Assembly (NCBI GenBank): GCA_963766365.1
Contig: CAVXZK010000010.1
Location: 5,783-69,782, forward strand
Source: an uncultured beta proteobacterium
GTDB taxonomy: Bacteria; Pseudomonadota; Gammaproteobacteria; Burkholderiales; Burkholderiaceae_F
DNA length: 64,000 bases
Direction: 5' to 3'
The position numbers and the translations under genes are program-made. The notes beneath the pieces were generated by a model, which saw only the letters and a list, made by a program, of their open reading frames with translations, searched no databases and had not been told where the DNA came from. Of this stretch, positions 1-8,745 are shown in pieces. The stretch's first letter is position 1, and each line of letters starts with the position of its first letter.

Positions 1-113
1 ATCCAACCGCTGCCCGACCCGGCGCCATTCATCATGGTCCCGCTCTGTGCGAGCACAGCACCGCTGGACAACAGGGCTGGAGTACCAGCAGCCATCGCAA
101 GAAGACTTTTCAT
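1..113 (-). CDS. 5' end of an exported protein (partial, runs off window start)
   Basis: ATG at 111-113 (minus) with GGGAG about 5 nt upstream. Translation MKSLLAMAAGTPALLSSGAVLAQSGTMMNGAGSGSGW.. looks like a signal peptide followed by a Gly/Ser-rich start. Absent from the ORF track because no stop lies in the window. Confidence 0.35.
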   Translation of the reverse strand, partial: MKSLLAMAAGTPALLSSGAVLAQSGTMMNGAGSGSGW

Positions 114-542
114 GAACGCTCCCAAATGAAAGACGATAAAAACAGGAAGCGCTTTGGCAACCGACGCGTGACTTGAAGGGCCTCTCACGCGTGAACCAAC
201 AATTCCAGTCGTCGCGAGCCAGCTTCCCGGATAGCCTTAAGTGCTACAGAGCCGCCCGCTGCAGATGAGTGAAGACGTCAGCATCCGAACCGCTTGACTG
301 AAAGTACGTCGAATGATGGTCACGGTCTGTGCGGAACCGAACGTAACGCTGCGGGTTTCCCCCTTTTTTGTTATGTTGGTGGGCGATGAGCCGAGTCTGT
401 TCAGGAGCTGACAGCGACGGAAATGCGATGGCTCTGAGCGCCGGTCACACATGAATTTGTCGGGGATTTGGTATCTGCTGATCACGTCCGCTTTACGGTT
501 GATCGGCTGAGCTATGACGAAGTGTGGTTTTGGCCGATTGCG

Positions 543-1778
543 TCATCGGTTGATCGTGAGACGAGTGACGCGGCCTATCGTGAGGCCCTGGACGAGAATC
601 GAGAAGACCACCACGCAATAGGTGAGCGCAAGCACCGTGTCACGGGGCTGCCCTGAAGGCAAGGACAGCGCCAGTGCCACGGATATGCCACCGCGCAGGC
701 CGGCCCACGTAAGCACGGACGAGGACCCGGCGGGAAGCCCAACCCGTGGTCCTAGGAGTCCGAACGGAAGACCAACTGACAGCCATCGGGCAGCAAGGGT
801 GACGCCGACTGCCGCTGCGCCCGCGACTATCAATGGCCTTGAGAACGCGATAAGCAAAACTTCCATTCCAATCAGCACGAACAGGATGGCATTGAGCATC
901 TCGTCGACGAGTTCCCAGAACATGTCCACATAGCGCCTGGTCGTGCTCGACATCGCAAGCGCACGGCCATGGTTGCCAATCATGAGTCCGGTCACCACCA
1001 TTGCCAGGGGTCCGGACACGTGCAGGTGAGCAGCCAACGCATAGCCTCCGACGACCGCGGCCAGGGTGAGCAGCACCTCGACTTGATAGTGGTCCACGCT
1101 CTTGAGAAGCCGGTACGTGACGTAACCCAGCACCAGGCCAAAGATGATGCCGCCGCCCGCTTCGCGCAGCAGCGTCTCCACGGCTGCTCCCATTGTCGGC
1201 GTGGTGCCGCTTGCCAACATGCCGAGCAACAACGAGAAGATCACAACGCCGACGCCATCGTTGAATAGAGACTCGCCGGCAATCACCAGTTCGAGATTCT
1301 TCGGTGCACCGGCGGACTTGAGGATTCCCAGGACCGCGACCGGATCCGTCGGTGAGATCAGCGCGCCGAAAAGAAGGCAATAAGGGAGCGAAAGCTGAAT
1401 TCCGCCGACTGACAGCACGCCCCACATCCCAAATCCGATCAGCAGGGTCGAGAGCATTGTCCCGACGATCGCCAGGCCGGCGACTTGCCAGCGGTAGGTC
1501 CGCAGCTCACTTAGGTCCACGTGCATCGCGCCAGCGAACAGCAGCAGCGACAGCATTCCCTGCATAAGCACGTCGGAGAAGTCTATGGATCTCAGCAGCG
1601 ACTCCTCATAAGCTCGAAGTCCGAAGTCGAGTCCGAAGGCGTTGAGCGCCACAATGCAGAGGGATAGCACCAGCGCGATCACCATCACGCCAATCGCGGT
1701 CGGCAGGCGGACAAACCTGTGGTTCACGTAAGCCAGCAACGCCGTCAACACAATGCAGGCTGCGGCAATGTCGAACAT
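543..1778 (-). CDS. Na+/H+ antiporter, CPA1 (NhaP-type) family
   Basis: 411-aa polytopic membrane ORF. MFDIAAACIVLTALLAYVNHRFVRLPTAIGVM.. and ..AGESLFNDGVGVVIF.. are typical of CPA1 cation/proton exchangers. Confidence 0.88.
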   Translation of the reverse strand: MFDIAAACIVLTALLAYVNHRFVRLPTAIGVMVIALVLSLCIVALNAFGLDFGLRAYEESLLRSIDFSDVLMQGMLSLLLFAGAMHVDLSELRTYRWQVAGLAIVGTMLSTLLIGFGMWGVLSVGGIQLSLPYCLLFGALISPTDPVAVLGILKSAGAPKNLELVIAGESLFNDGVGVVIFSLLLGMLASGTTPTMGAAVETLLREAGGGIIFGLVLGYVTYRLLKSVDHYQVEVLLTLAAVVGGYALAAHLHVSGPLAMVVTGLMIGNHGRALAMSSTTRRYVDMFWELVDEMLNAILFVLIGMEVLLIAFSRPLIVAGAAAVGVTLAARWLSVGLPFGLLGPRVGLPAGSSSVLTWAGLRGGISVALALSLPSGQPRDTVLALTYCVVVFSILVQGLTIGRVTRLTINR

Positions 1779-1929
1779 CGATCCTCCGCTAGGCGCTCAG
1801 GCCCGATTCTCGCTCAGGTGCGGAGTCGCTTTGGAGGTCCGCTATCAGGCAGATGGCATAGCTACCGGCGAAGGCGGCTTCTGGCCGCACACAGACGGCA
1901 GATCCGGCCGGCGCTGCCGGTCCCGTCCT

Positions 1930-2256
1930 CTACCTCGGTCTTCTCGACATGGGGATGACGTTCGGGTCCTGAGCGTTCTCTGCCGCGGGAGTTGCGACTC
2001 GCTGCAGGAACTGCGGCGCCACATTCCACTGCTGGCCGGTATCGGCGATCACCGTGACAGTCTTGCGGTTGTAGCGGGTCAACACACCCATCACTGGATG
2101 GTGGCCGTCGGGTTGGAACTGGACACGCTCGCCCACCTTGAACTCCAACATCCGAACGTGAGATCGCATCTGCTGCAAGAGCCGCAAGCGTTCGACGATT
2201 CGATGGTTGAGGTCGACCAGTTCCGCTTCCGTAAGGCGGTCAATGTCAATCTTCAT
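1930..2256 (-). CDS. conserved hypothetical small protein
   Basis: 108-aa ORF MKIDIDRLTEAELVDLNHRIVERLRLLQQ.. with high GC3 coding bias. No family recognised with certainty. Confidence 0.55.
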   Translation of the reverse strand: MKIDIDRLTEAELVDLNHRIVERLRLLQQMRSHVRMLEFKVGERVQFQPDGHHPVMGVLTRYNRKTVTVIADTGQQWNVAPQFLQRVATPAAENAQDPNVIPMSRRPR

Positions 2257-2281
2257 CGGTCACTCTCCCTGGCCGACTCAG

Positions 2282-2569
2282 TCACGCCGCTTTGAGCTCG
2301 AAGTGAACCTTGCGACCGATCGCGGTCGCGATGTTGACCAAGGCATCGAGCGAGAACCGTGAAACCCGCCCGCGCAGCAAGTCATTCATACGTGGCTGCG
2401 TGACACCGCAGCGCCGTGCCGCTTCGACCTGCGTCCAACCTTGTTCCCTCACGATCGCCGCAATCTTCTGCATCAGATCGGTGCGGGCGCGCAGGTTCGC
2501 TGCCTGCTCAGGGGTGTCGGCCAGTGCGTCCCACACACTGTCGTAACGATCGACGGCTTTCTTCTTCAT
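2282..2569 (-). CDS. XRE-family HTH antitoxin (HigA-like)
   Basis: Start taken at MKKKAVDRYDSVWDAL.. (internal Met of the 147-aa track ORF). The HTH is ..WTQVEAARRCGVTQPRMNDLLRGR... The ATG overlaps the stop of the upstream toxin gene (ATGA at 2566-2569). Confidence 0.85.
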   Translation of the reverse strand: MKKKAVDRYDSVWDALADTPEQAANLRARTDLMQKIAAIVREQGWTQVEAARRCGVTQPRMNDLLRGRVSRFSLDALVNIATAIGRKVHFELKAA

Positions 2570-2892
2570 CTCCGTTCCTTCATCACCTGCGCCAGGCGCT
2601 GCCTGGCGATGTCCGTATCCCGTTTCGAGGTCGCCTGCGTCTTCTTCTGGAAGGCATGCAAAACGTAGACGGCATCGGCCAGCCGGGCCGTGTAGATCAC
2701 GCGGTACGTTCCCGAGTCGTCCCAAATCCTGATCTCTTCGACGCCCTTACCGATGGACGGCATCGGCTTGAAGTCATCTGGCGTCTGGCCCCGCTGAACT
2801 CTGTCGAGCTGGTAGCCGGCGTCATGCCTCGCCTCCTCGGGAAACTCGCGCAATCGCTTGAGCGAATCACCGACGAAGACGATGGGCTTCAT
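2566..2892 (-). CDS. RelE/ParE-superfamily toxin (HigB / phage Gp49-like)
   Basis: 108-aa ORF MKPIVFVGDSLKRLREFPEEARHDAGYQLDRVQRGQTPDDFKPM..YRVIYTARLADAVYVLHAFQKKTQ. Toxin-first order with an XRE antitoxin is the HigBA arrangement. Confidence 0.85.
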   Translation of the reverse strand: MKPIVFVGDSLKRLREFPEEARHDAGYQLDRVQRGQTPDDFKPMPSIGKGVEEIRIWDDSGTYRVIYTARLADAVYVLHAFQKKTQATSKRDTDIARQRLAQVMKERR

Positions 2893-3350
2893 GTGGCAAA
2901 TATATCAAGACGAATATACCAAGGCAAGAGACGAACCCAAGGTCGGATCACGGGCGGCCAGGAGTTTGCTGCCGGCGTCCGCTGTGAGGCGGAGTGATGC
3001 TGCCCTGCACGTCTGCAATCGGGAGGATCTCGCGGTCGTGGTCAATGACAGGTTGTGGCCGGACGCTGAAGCCGGTAGGCCCCCCAAGCCGACTCTGCTG
3101 GAGATCAGGGCAACCGACCGCAGGCGCAGTTCGGACCGACGCTCTGTTCGAATTGCCGTTTCCGCGGGCCGTCGAGTTACTTCGAACCGTCATTCAACGA
3201 TTCAAGAGGCTCCGCCCTCTGCAAACCCGCAAGCCCGGAACAAAGATCATCTCTTGACAGATGGCCGTGACCATCGTCGACCTGCTCACGTTTCCGGTCG
3301 GATCGATCAAGTTGCCGGTCGCGGCGAGCACGAACGACGGCATGCGCAGC

Positions 3351-3381
3351 ATCAGGCCGGCTCATCGTGAGCCGGCCTGAT
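3351..3381. terminator. perfect 14-bp stem-loop downstream of the 3400-3822 gene (possible terminator, no U-tract)
   Basis: atcaggccggctca-tcg-tgagccggcctgat, 19 nt past the stop at 3400. No T/A run on either side, so the terminator call is weak. Confidence 0.3.
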
Positions 3382-3399
3382 GTTCTGCACACGCATCGA

Positions 3400-3822
3400 T
3401 CAAGGCGTCTGCATCGGGTCGAGACCCGCGAGCATCAGGAGCGGCTCATCCACGACGTAATCGGGCATCGTTGGGAATGCCGCCGTCTCGCTGTAGGAGT
3501 CGACGGGAGGGTCGAGCAGCAACCCGGCGACCTCGGTTTCAGTGATCGGGAACTCGGCTTCGAAGGCTACGTAGGTGGGCTCCTCGCTGGCCGCGGCCTC
3601 GGACGGAACGTTTTCGCCCAGGTACTTCGACGCATAGCCGTTTGCGCGCCAGTCCGTCGAAGCGGAACGGGCTTCTGACGTGAACGGCTGGGGCTCGTCA
3701 GCCGCGGCGTCAAAGGGGACGTTTTCGCCCAGCCACTGGGAATTGCTGGCGTGCGCGGAGGAAACCGCCAGCGCAGCCGCGGTCATGGTCATTGCAAGTA
3801 ACTTGACTGCAGAGTGGTTCAT
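3400..3822 (-). CDS. secreted hypothetical protein with internal LGENVP repeat
   Basis: Start set at MNHSAVKLLAMTMTAAALAVSSAHA (signal peptide, internal Met of the 197-aa track ORF). The acidic mature part contains ..QWLGENVPFDAAADE.. and ..KYLGENVPSEAAASEE... Confidence 0.6.
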   Translation of the reverse strand: MNHSAVKLLAMTMTAAALAVSSAHASNSQWLGENVPFDAAADEPQPFTSEARSASTDWRANGYASKYLGENVPSEAAASEEPTYVAFEAEFPITETEVAGLLLDPPVDSYSETAAFPTMPDYVVDEPLLMLAGLDPMQTP

Positions 3823-4018
3823 TGCGTTCTCCAGGCGGACTGCCGTGGCAGCCGCGTCATGCGGTTGAAGTCGACGAGGCTCTGTGCCCGGTCGTCCTCG
3901 TCGGCAGGCTTGCCAACGTGGAGAGCAGCGTAGGAGCCGCACGTCACGGGCGCGACGCAGAAAGCCGCAGCGAACGTGCGGCTTGTACGACAAAGCGGAT
4001 GTAGAAGATTCGCGCTGT

Positions 4019-6697
4019 TCAGCGCGACCAGGGCGGGGGGCTCATGCCCATTTTCCATTTCGAGCGCGCGCGCTCGGCCGCCACAGGATCGACCGCGTGC
4101 AATGCCGCCAGGGCAATCGAGCGGCGATCGACCTCGAAGAATGCGCGTAGCGCCGCGCGCGTATCCGAGCGGCCAAAGCCATCGGTGCCGAGCGCAACGT
4201 AACGATCGCCGATCCACGGGCGGATCAGGTCCGGCACGCTGCTGACGTAATCCGAGGCGGCGATGACCGGTGCGCCCGTCATCGGCAACTGCTGCTCGAT
4301 CCACGACGTGGCACTAGGCTCGCCGAGCCGGGCGGCGCGTTCGAGCGCCATCGCCTCGCGCCGCAGTTCGGTGAAGCTCGTGACCGAGTAGACATCCGTG
4401 GCGACGCCGAACTCCGACTCGAGCAGTTCCGCAGCGGCGAGCGCTTCGCGCAGGATCGTGCCCGCGCCGAGCAGGCGCACGCGGGACGCTCCTAGCGACG
4501 ATGCTTGCAAGCGATACAGACCGCGCAGGATGCCCTCGCGTTCGCCTTCCCGGTCGGACGGCTGGGCATAGTTCTCGTTCATCACCGTGACGTAGTAGAA
4601 CTCGTCGTGCTGCTCCGTCAGCATCCGGCGCATACCGTGCTCGACGATCACCGCGAGCTCGTAGGCGTAGCACGGGTCGTAGGCGCGGCAGTTCGGCACG
4701 GTCGAGGCGATCAGCTGGCTGGTGCCGTCCTCATGCTGCAGGCCTTCGCCCGAGAGCGTCGTGCGGCCGGCCGTCGCGCCGAGCAGGAAGCCGCGCGTGC
4801 GCGAATCCGCTGCGGCCCACAGAAGGTCGCCGACGCGCTGGAAGCCGAACATCGAATAGAAAATGTAAAAGGGCAGCATCGGCAGGCCGTTGGTGGAATA
4901 ACTGGTGCCTGCGGCAACCCACGACGCGATGGCGCCGGCTTCGTTGATTCCCTCTTCGAGGATCTGGCCGTTCTTCGCTTCCCTGTAGAAGCTGATCTGC
5001 GCGCTGTCTTCGGGTTCGTAGAGCTGCCCGAGCGGCGAATAGATGCCGACCTGGCGGAACAGGTCCGCCATCCCGAAGGTGCGCGCCTCATCGGCGATGA
5101 TCGGCACGATGCGCGGTCCCAGCGCCGGGTCCTTCAGCAGCGAGCCGAGCATGCGAACGAACGCCATCGTCGTCGACATCTCCTTGCCGTTCGCTTCGAG
5201 TGCGAAGCGTGCAAACGCTTCGGCCGCCGGTGTCGCGAGAGGGTCGCACACCGAGGAGCGGGACGGCAGATAGCCGCCAAGCTTGGCGCGGCGCGCATGC
5301 AGGTACTTCATCTCCGGGCTGTCGTCACCCGGCTTGTAGAACTCCACGTTCTCGACTTGCGCGTCGGTGAGTGGCAGGCCGAAGCGGTCGCGGAAGTCGC
5401 GCAGCCCCTCGGCGTCGAGCTTCTTCTGCTGGTGGGTCGTCATGCGCCCCTGGCCGGCCGTGCCCATGCCGTAACCCTTCTTCGTCTTGGCCAGGATCAC
5501 CGTCGGCTGGCCGCGGTGGCGCACCGCCGCGTGATAGGCCGCATGGATCTTCACCGGATCGTGCCCGCCGCGTCGCAATCGATCGATATCGTCGTCGGAC
5601 AGGTGCGCGGTCAATTGCGCCAGCTCTGGAAACTTGTTGAAGAAGTGCTCGCGATTGAACCTTCCATCGGTCGCCGACAGGGTCTGGAACTCGCCGTCGA
5701 CCGTTTCGTGGAAGGCGCGCAACAGCAGCATCTGCGTGTCGCGCGCGAACAGCGGGTCCCAGTCGCTGCCCCACAGCAGCTTGATCACGTTCCAGCCCGC
5801 ACCGGCGAAGAGCCCCTCGAGTTCCTGGATGATCGAACCGTTGCCGCGCACCGGTCCGTCGAGCCGCTGCAGGTTGCAGTTGACGACGAACACCAGGTTA
5901 TCCAGCCCTTCGCGCGCGGCGATGCTCAGCCCTGCGAGCGACTCGGGTTCGTCCATCTCGCCATCGCCGACGAACGCCCAGACCTTGCGCGCATAGGTTG
6001 GTGCCAGTCCGCGATTCTCGACGTAGCGCAGGAAGCGCGCCTGGTAGATCGCAAACAGCGGCCCCAGTCCCATCGAGCCGGTCGGGAACTGCCAGAAGTT
6101 CGGCATCAGCCAGGGGTGCGGATAGGAACTGAGCCCGGGGCCCGACGTCTCGCGGCGATAGTGATTGACCTGCTCGGCCGTCAGCCTGCCTTCGAGGAAG
6201 GCGCGCGCGTAGACGCCGGGCGCCGAATGCGGCTGGAAGTAGACGAGGTCGCCGCGCGACTCCAGCGTCTCGCCGCCGGCGCGGAAGAAGTGATTGAAGC
6301 CGACCTCGAAGAGATCCGCCGCCGACGCATAGCTGGCAATGTGACCGCCGAGTTCAGGGCTCGCCTGGTTCGCACGCACGACCATCGCCAGCGCATTCCA
6401 GCGCACCAATGCCGAAAGCCGCTGCTCGATCTCTAGGTTGCCGGGAAACGGCGCCTGCTCGCCCAGCGAGATCGTGTTCAGGTAGGGCGTGTTCAGTACC
6501 TGCGGCAACGGCACGCGCCGTGTACGCGCGTGCTGCAGCAGCTGTTTCAGCACGAAGGTCGCGCGCGCTGGTCCCTCGGCCTCGATGAGCGCGTCGAGCG
6601 CTTCGAGCCATTCGCGCGTTTCCTGCGGATCGCCGTCATCCTCGGGCAGCCGCCACGCGGCGTTGGGATTCAGCTTCGCGAGGTCGTCGAGGTTCAT
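4019..6697 (-). CDS. mdeB: homodimeric 2-oxoacid dehydrogenase E1 component (AceE family); context suggests MdeB-type 2-oxobutyrate dehydrogenase E1
   Basis: 892 aa from MNLDDLAKLNPNAAW..ETREWLEALDALIE.., full-length AceE-type E1. No E2 or E3 gene is adjacent. It lies directly downstream of a methionine gamma-lyase-like gene, with a divergent Lrp regulator, as in the Pseudomonas putida mdeAB/mdeR locus. Confidence 0.85.
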   Translation of the reverse strand: MNLDDLAKLNPNAAWRLPEDDGDPQETREWLEALDALIEAEGPARATFVLKQLLQHARTRRVPLPQVLNTPYLNTISLGEQAPFPGNLEIEQRLSALVRWNALAMVVRANQASPELGGHIASYASAADLFEVGFNHFFRAGGETLESRGDLVYFQPHSAPGVYARAFLEGRLTAEQVNHYRRETSGPGLSSYPHPWLMPNFWQFPTGSMGLGPLFAIYQARFLRYVENRGLAPTYARKVWAFVGDGEMDEPESLAGLSIAAREGLDNLVFVVNCNLQRLDGPVRGNGSIIQELEGLFAGAGWNVIKLLWGSDWDPLFARDTQMLLLRAFHETVDGEFQTLSATDGRFNREHFFNKFPELAQLTAHLSDDDIDRLRRGGHDPVKIHAAYHAAVRHRGQPTVILAKTKKGYGMGTAGQGRMTTHQQKKLDAEGLRDFRDRFGLPLTDAQVENVEFYKPGDDSPEMKYLHARRAKLGGYLPSRSSVCDPLATPAAEAFARFALEANGKEMSTTMAFVRMLGSLLKDPALGPRIVPIIADEARTFGMADLFRQVGIYSPLGQLYEPEDSAQISFYREAKNGQILEEGINEAGAIASWVAAGTSYSTNGLPMLPFYIFYSMFGFQRVGDLLWAAADSRTRGFLLGATAGRTTLSGEGLQHEDGTSQLIASTVPNCRAYDPCYAYELAVIVEHGMRRMLTEQHDEFYYVTVMNENYAQPSDREGEREGILRGLYRLQASSLGASRVRLLGAGTILREALAAAELLESEFGVATDVYSVTSFTELRREAMALERAARLGEPSATSWIEQQLPMTGAPVIAASDYVSSVPDLIRPWIGDRYVALGTDGFGRSDTRAALRAFFEVDRRSIALAALHAVDPVAAERARSKWKMGMSPPPWSR

Positions 6698-6844
6698 CGG
6701 CGCTCGGGGGGAGGTGGGTCGGCCATTATCACCCTGCGCCGCGCCGCGGCAACGAGGGCCTGCCGTGATGGATACGCCACGGGCCAGCAACGGAATGCTG
6801 GCCGGCGAGGGCAACCGATGCCGTGTGCCCCCGCGGCGGTGACT

Positions 6845-8086
6845 TCACGCGGCGGCTGGGCCGGCTTCCCGCGCGGCCGGGACCGATCGTGTCGCGTAGT
6901 CCAGCGCCTGGCCGATGTCAGCGAGCAGATCGTCGGTGTCTTCCAGGCCGACCGAAAGCCGCACCAGCCCGTCGCTGATCAGGTGTGCGCGACGCTCCTC
7001 CGGGGTGTAGGTCGAGTGCGTCATGCTGGCCGGGTGCTGAGCAAGGGTCTCGGCATCGCCGAGACTGACGGCGCGCGTGACCAGCTGCAGCGCATCCATG
7101 AAGCGCTTTCCGGCGTCCAGGCCGCCGTGCAGTTCGAACGCGACCATGCCGCCAGCGCGCGCCATCTGCCGCCGTGCCAGCGCATGCTGCGGGAAAGTGC
7201 CAAGGCCCGGGTAGTGCACGGCCTCGACCGCGGGATGCGCAGCCAGACAGTCGGCAATCGCCTGCGCGTTGTCGCAGTGGCGCTGCATGCGCAGCGGCAA
7301 GGTCTTCAGGCCGCGCAGTACCAGGAACGCATCCTGCGGCGACAGCACCGCGCCCGTCAGGTCCTTGAGGCCCTGCATGCGTACACGCTGCGCCAGCTCC
7401 GCATCGCGGAACACGGCCGCACCCGCGGTGAGGTCGCCGTGCCCGCCGAGGTACTTGGTGGCCGAGTGCAGGACGATGTCGGCGCCGAAGTCGAGGGGGC
7501 GTTGCAGGTACGGGGTGCAGTAGGTGTTGTCGACTGCTAGCGGAATGCCGTGTGACCGCGTAACGCGTGCGACTGCGGCGATGTCGGTCAGACGCATGTT
7601 CGGGTTTGCCGGCGACTCGAAGTACACGAGCCGGGTGCGCGAGCTGATCGCGGATTCGAAACGTGCCGGATCGCTCATGTCGACATGCCGGACCGTGACG
7701 CCGAAACGACTCATGCCATGGTGCAGCAGCGCGAACGTGCAGCCATAGAGCGTCGTGTCGACCAGCACCTGGTCGCCGGCAGAGAGCAGCGTCCACAGCG
7801 TGGCCGAGATGGCGCCCATGCCGGAACCGAACACCACGGCCGCAGCGCCATTTTCGAGCGAGGCCAGGCGTGCCTCAAGCAGGGCGAGCGTCGGATTGGC
7901 GATGCGCGTGTACGTGTATCCCGACTGCTCGCCGGTGAAGATGCGCATGCCGTAGTCGGTGGTCGGGAAGGCGAACGTCGCCGACACGTGGATCGGCGGC
8001 ACCAGCGCGCCCTGATGGTCGAGCGGGTCGTAACCATGATAGATCGCGCGTGTCGCGAAACCGAAGCGGGAAGCCAGGGCAGTCAT
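6845..8086 (-). CDS. mdeA: PLP-dependent Cys/Met-metabolism enzyme, probable methionine gamma-lyase
   Basis: Start at MTALASRFGFATRAIYHGYDP... Has the PLP-lysine motif ..HSATKYLGGHGD... The gamma-lyase assignment rests on context (mdeB-like E1 downstream, Lrp regulator divergent). Confidence 0.78.
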   Translation of the reverse strand: MTALASRFGFATRAIYHGYDPLDHQGALVPPIHVSATFAFPTTDYGMRIFTGEQSGYTYTRIANPTLALLEARLASLENGAAAVVFGSGMGAISATLWTLLSAGDQVLVDTTLYGCTFALLHHGMSRFGVTVRHVDMSDPARFESAISSRTRLVYFESPANPNMRLTDIAAVARVTRSHGIPLAVDNTYCTPYLQRPLDFGADIVLHSATKYLGGHGDLTAGAAVFRDAELAQRVRMQGLKDLTGAVLSPQDAFLVLRGLKTLPLRMQRHCDNAQAIADCLAAHPAVEAVHYPGLGTFPQHALARRQMARAGGMVAFELHGGLDAGKRFMDALQLVTRAVSLGDAETLAQHPASMTHSTYTPEERRAHLISDGLVRLSVGLEDTDDLLADIGQALDYATRSVPAAREAGPAAA

Positions 8087-8248
8087 CGAAGTCTCCGTAG
8101 GGATCGGTCGGCGCGGAATGGCGTGACGACACGGAAGACATGCTAGATTGCAGTCCGGGCAAATGCTTTTTGTTCTTTGCTTGATATGTGAATTATGGCG
8201 CAAATAAAAAATAGAAAAGCATTATTAAGAGCAAAAAGTAATCATCCA
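8087..8248. promoter_or_regulatory. divergent mdeA / mdeR control region, strongly AT-rich
   Basis: 8160-8248 is far more AT-rich than the rest of the window. It has a perfect 9-nt inverted repeat, aatgctttt (8162-8170) and aaaagcatt (8215-8223). Lrp/AsnC regulators bind AT-rich dyads. Confidence 0.5.
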
Positions 8249-8737
8249 ATGACGGCGACTGACGGCCTCGACCGCATCGACCGCAAATTGCTGCAATTGC
8301 TCCAGGCCGATGCGCGCCTGTCCGCCACCGAGCTTGCCGACCGGGTTGCGTTGACCACGGCGCCCGCGTGGCGGCGCGTGAAGCGTCTGGAGCGGGAGGG
8401 CTATGTCCGCGGCTATCACGCGTGTCTCGACGGCGCCCGGCTCGGCTATGGCGTGACCGCGTTCGTGAGCGTGATGCTGGAAAAGCACACGCCGGCGGCC
8501 GGACGGGCTTTCGAGGACCAAGTCCGCGCGATCCCGCAGATACTCGAGTGCCACAACGTCTCGGGACGCTACGACTTCCTGCTGCGCGTGGTCGCTGCGG
8601 ACCTTGAGGCCTTCGGTCGCTTCGCGCGCGACACGATCCGCGCACTGCCCGGCGTCAAGGAGATGTACTCGAGCTTCTCACTCAGCGAGGTCAAGCGTGA
8701 CTCGGGCATCCCGCTGGCGGATGGCGGATTGCGATAA
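8249..8737 (+). CDS. mdeR: Lrp/AsnC-family transcriptional regulator
   Basis: Start at MTATDGLDRIDRKLLQLLQADARLSATELADRVALTTAPAWRRVKRLEREGYV.. (HTH plus RAM/AsnC_trans_reg domain). Divergent from the mdeA-like gene. Confidence 0.82.
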   Translation: MTATDGLDRIDRKLLQLLQADARLSATELADRVALTTAPAWRRVKRLEREGYVRGYHACLDGARLGYGVTAFVSVMLEKHTPAAGRAFEDQVRAIPQILECHNVSGRYDFLLRVVAADLEAFGRFARDTIRALPGVKEMYSSFSLSEVKRDSGIPLADGGLR

Positions 8738-8745
8738 TGCCCGGC

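Noticed and set aside
237-485. 82-aa ORF in the lower-GC region at the window start
   Set aside because: There is no RBS and no codon bias, and the translation has no family resemblance. The region more likely holds promoter or UTR sequence of the flanking minus-strand genes. A weak hairpin plus T-run near 330-370 was noted, but no upstream plus-strand gene is available to terminate.
4505-6436. 643-aa ORF on the plus strand
   Set aside because: It is entirely antisense to the AceE-type E1 gene. The Arg/Ala/Gly-rich translation has no domain resemblance, and it is a typical stop-poor shadow frame in high-GC DNA.
4019-6697. Orphan pyruvate dehydrogenase E1 as a novel stand-alone enzyme
   Set aside because: The context (PLP gamma-lyase upstream, divergent Lrp regulator) matches the described mdeAB/mdeR methionine catabolic locus. 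It is reported as a known arrangement rather than a novelty.
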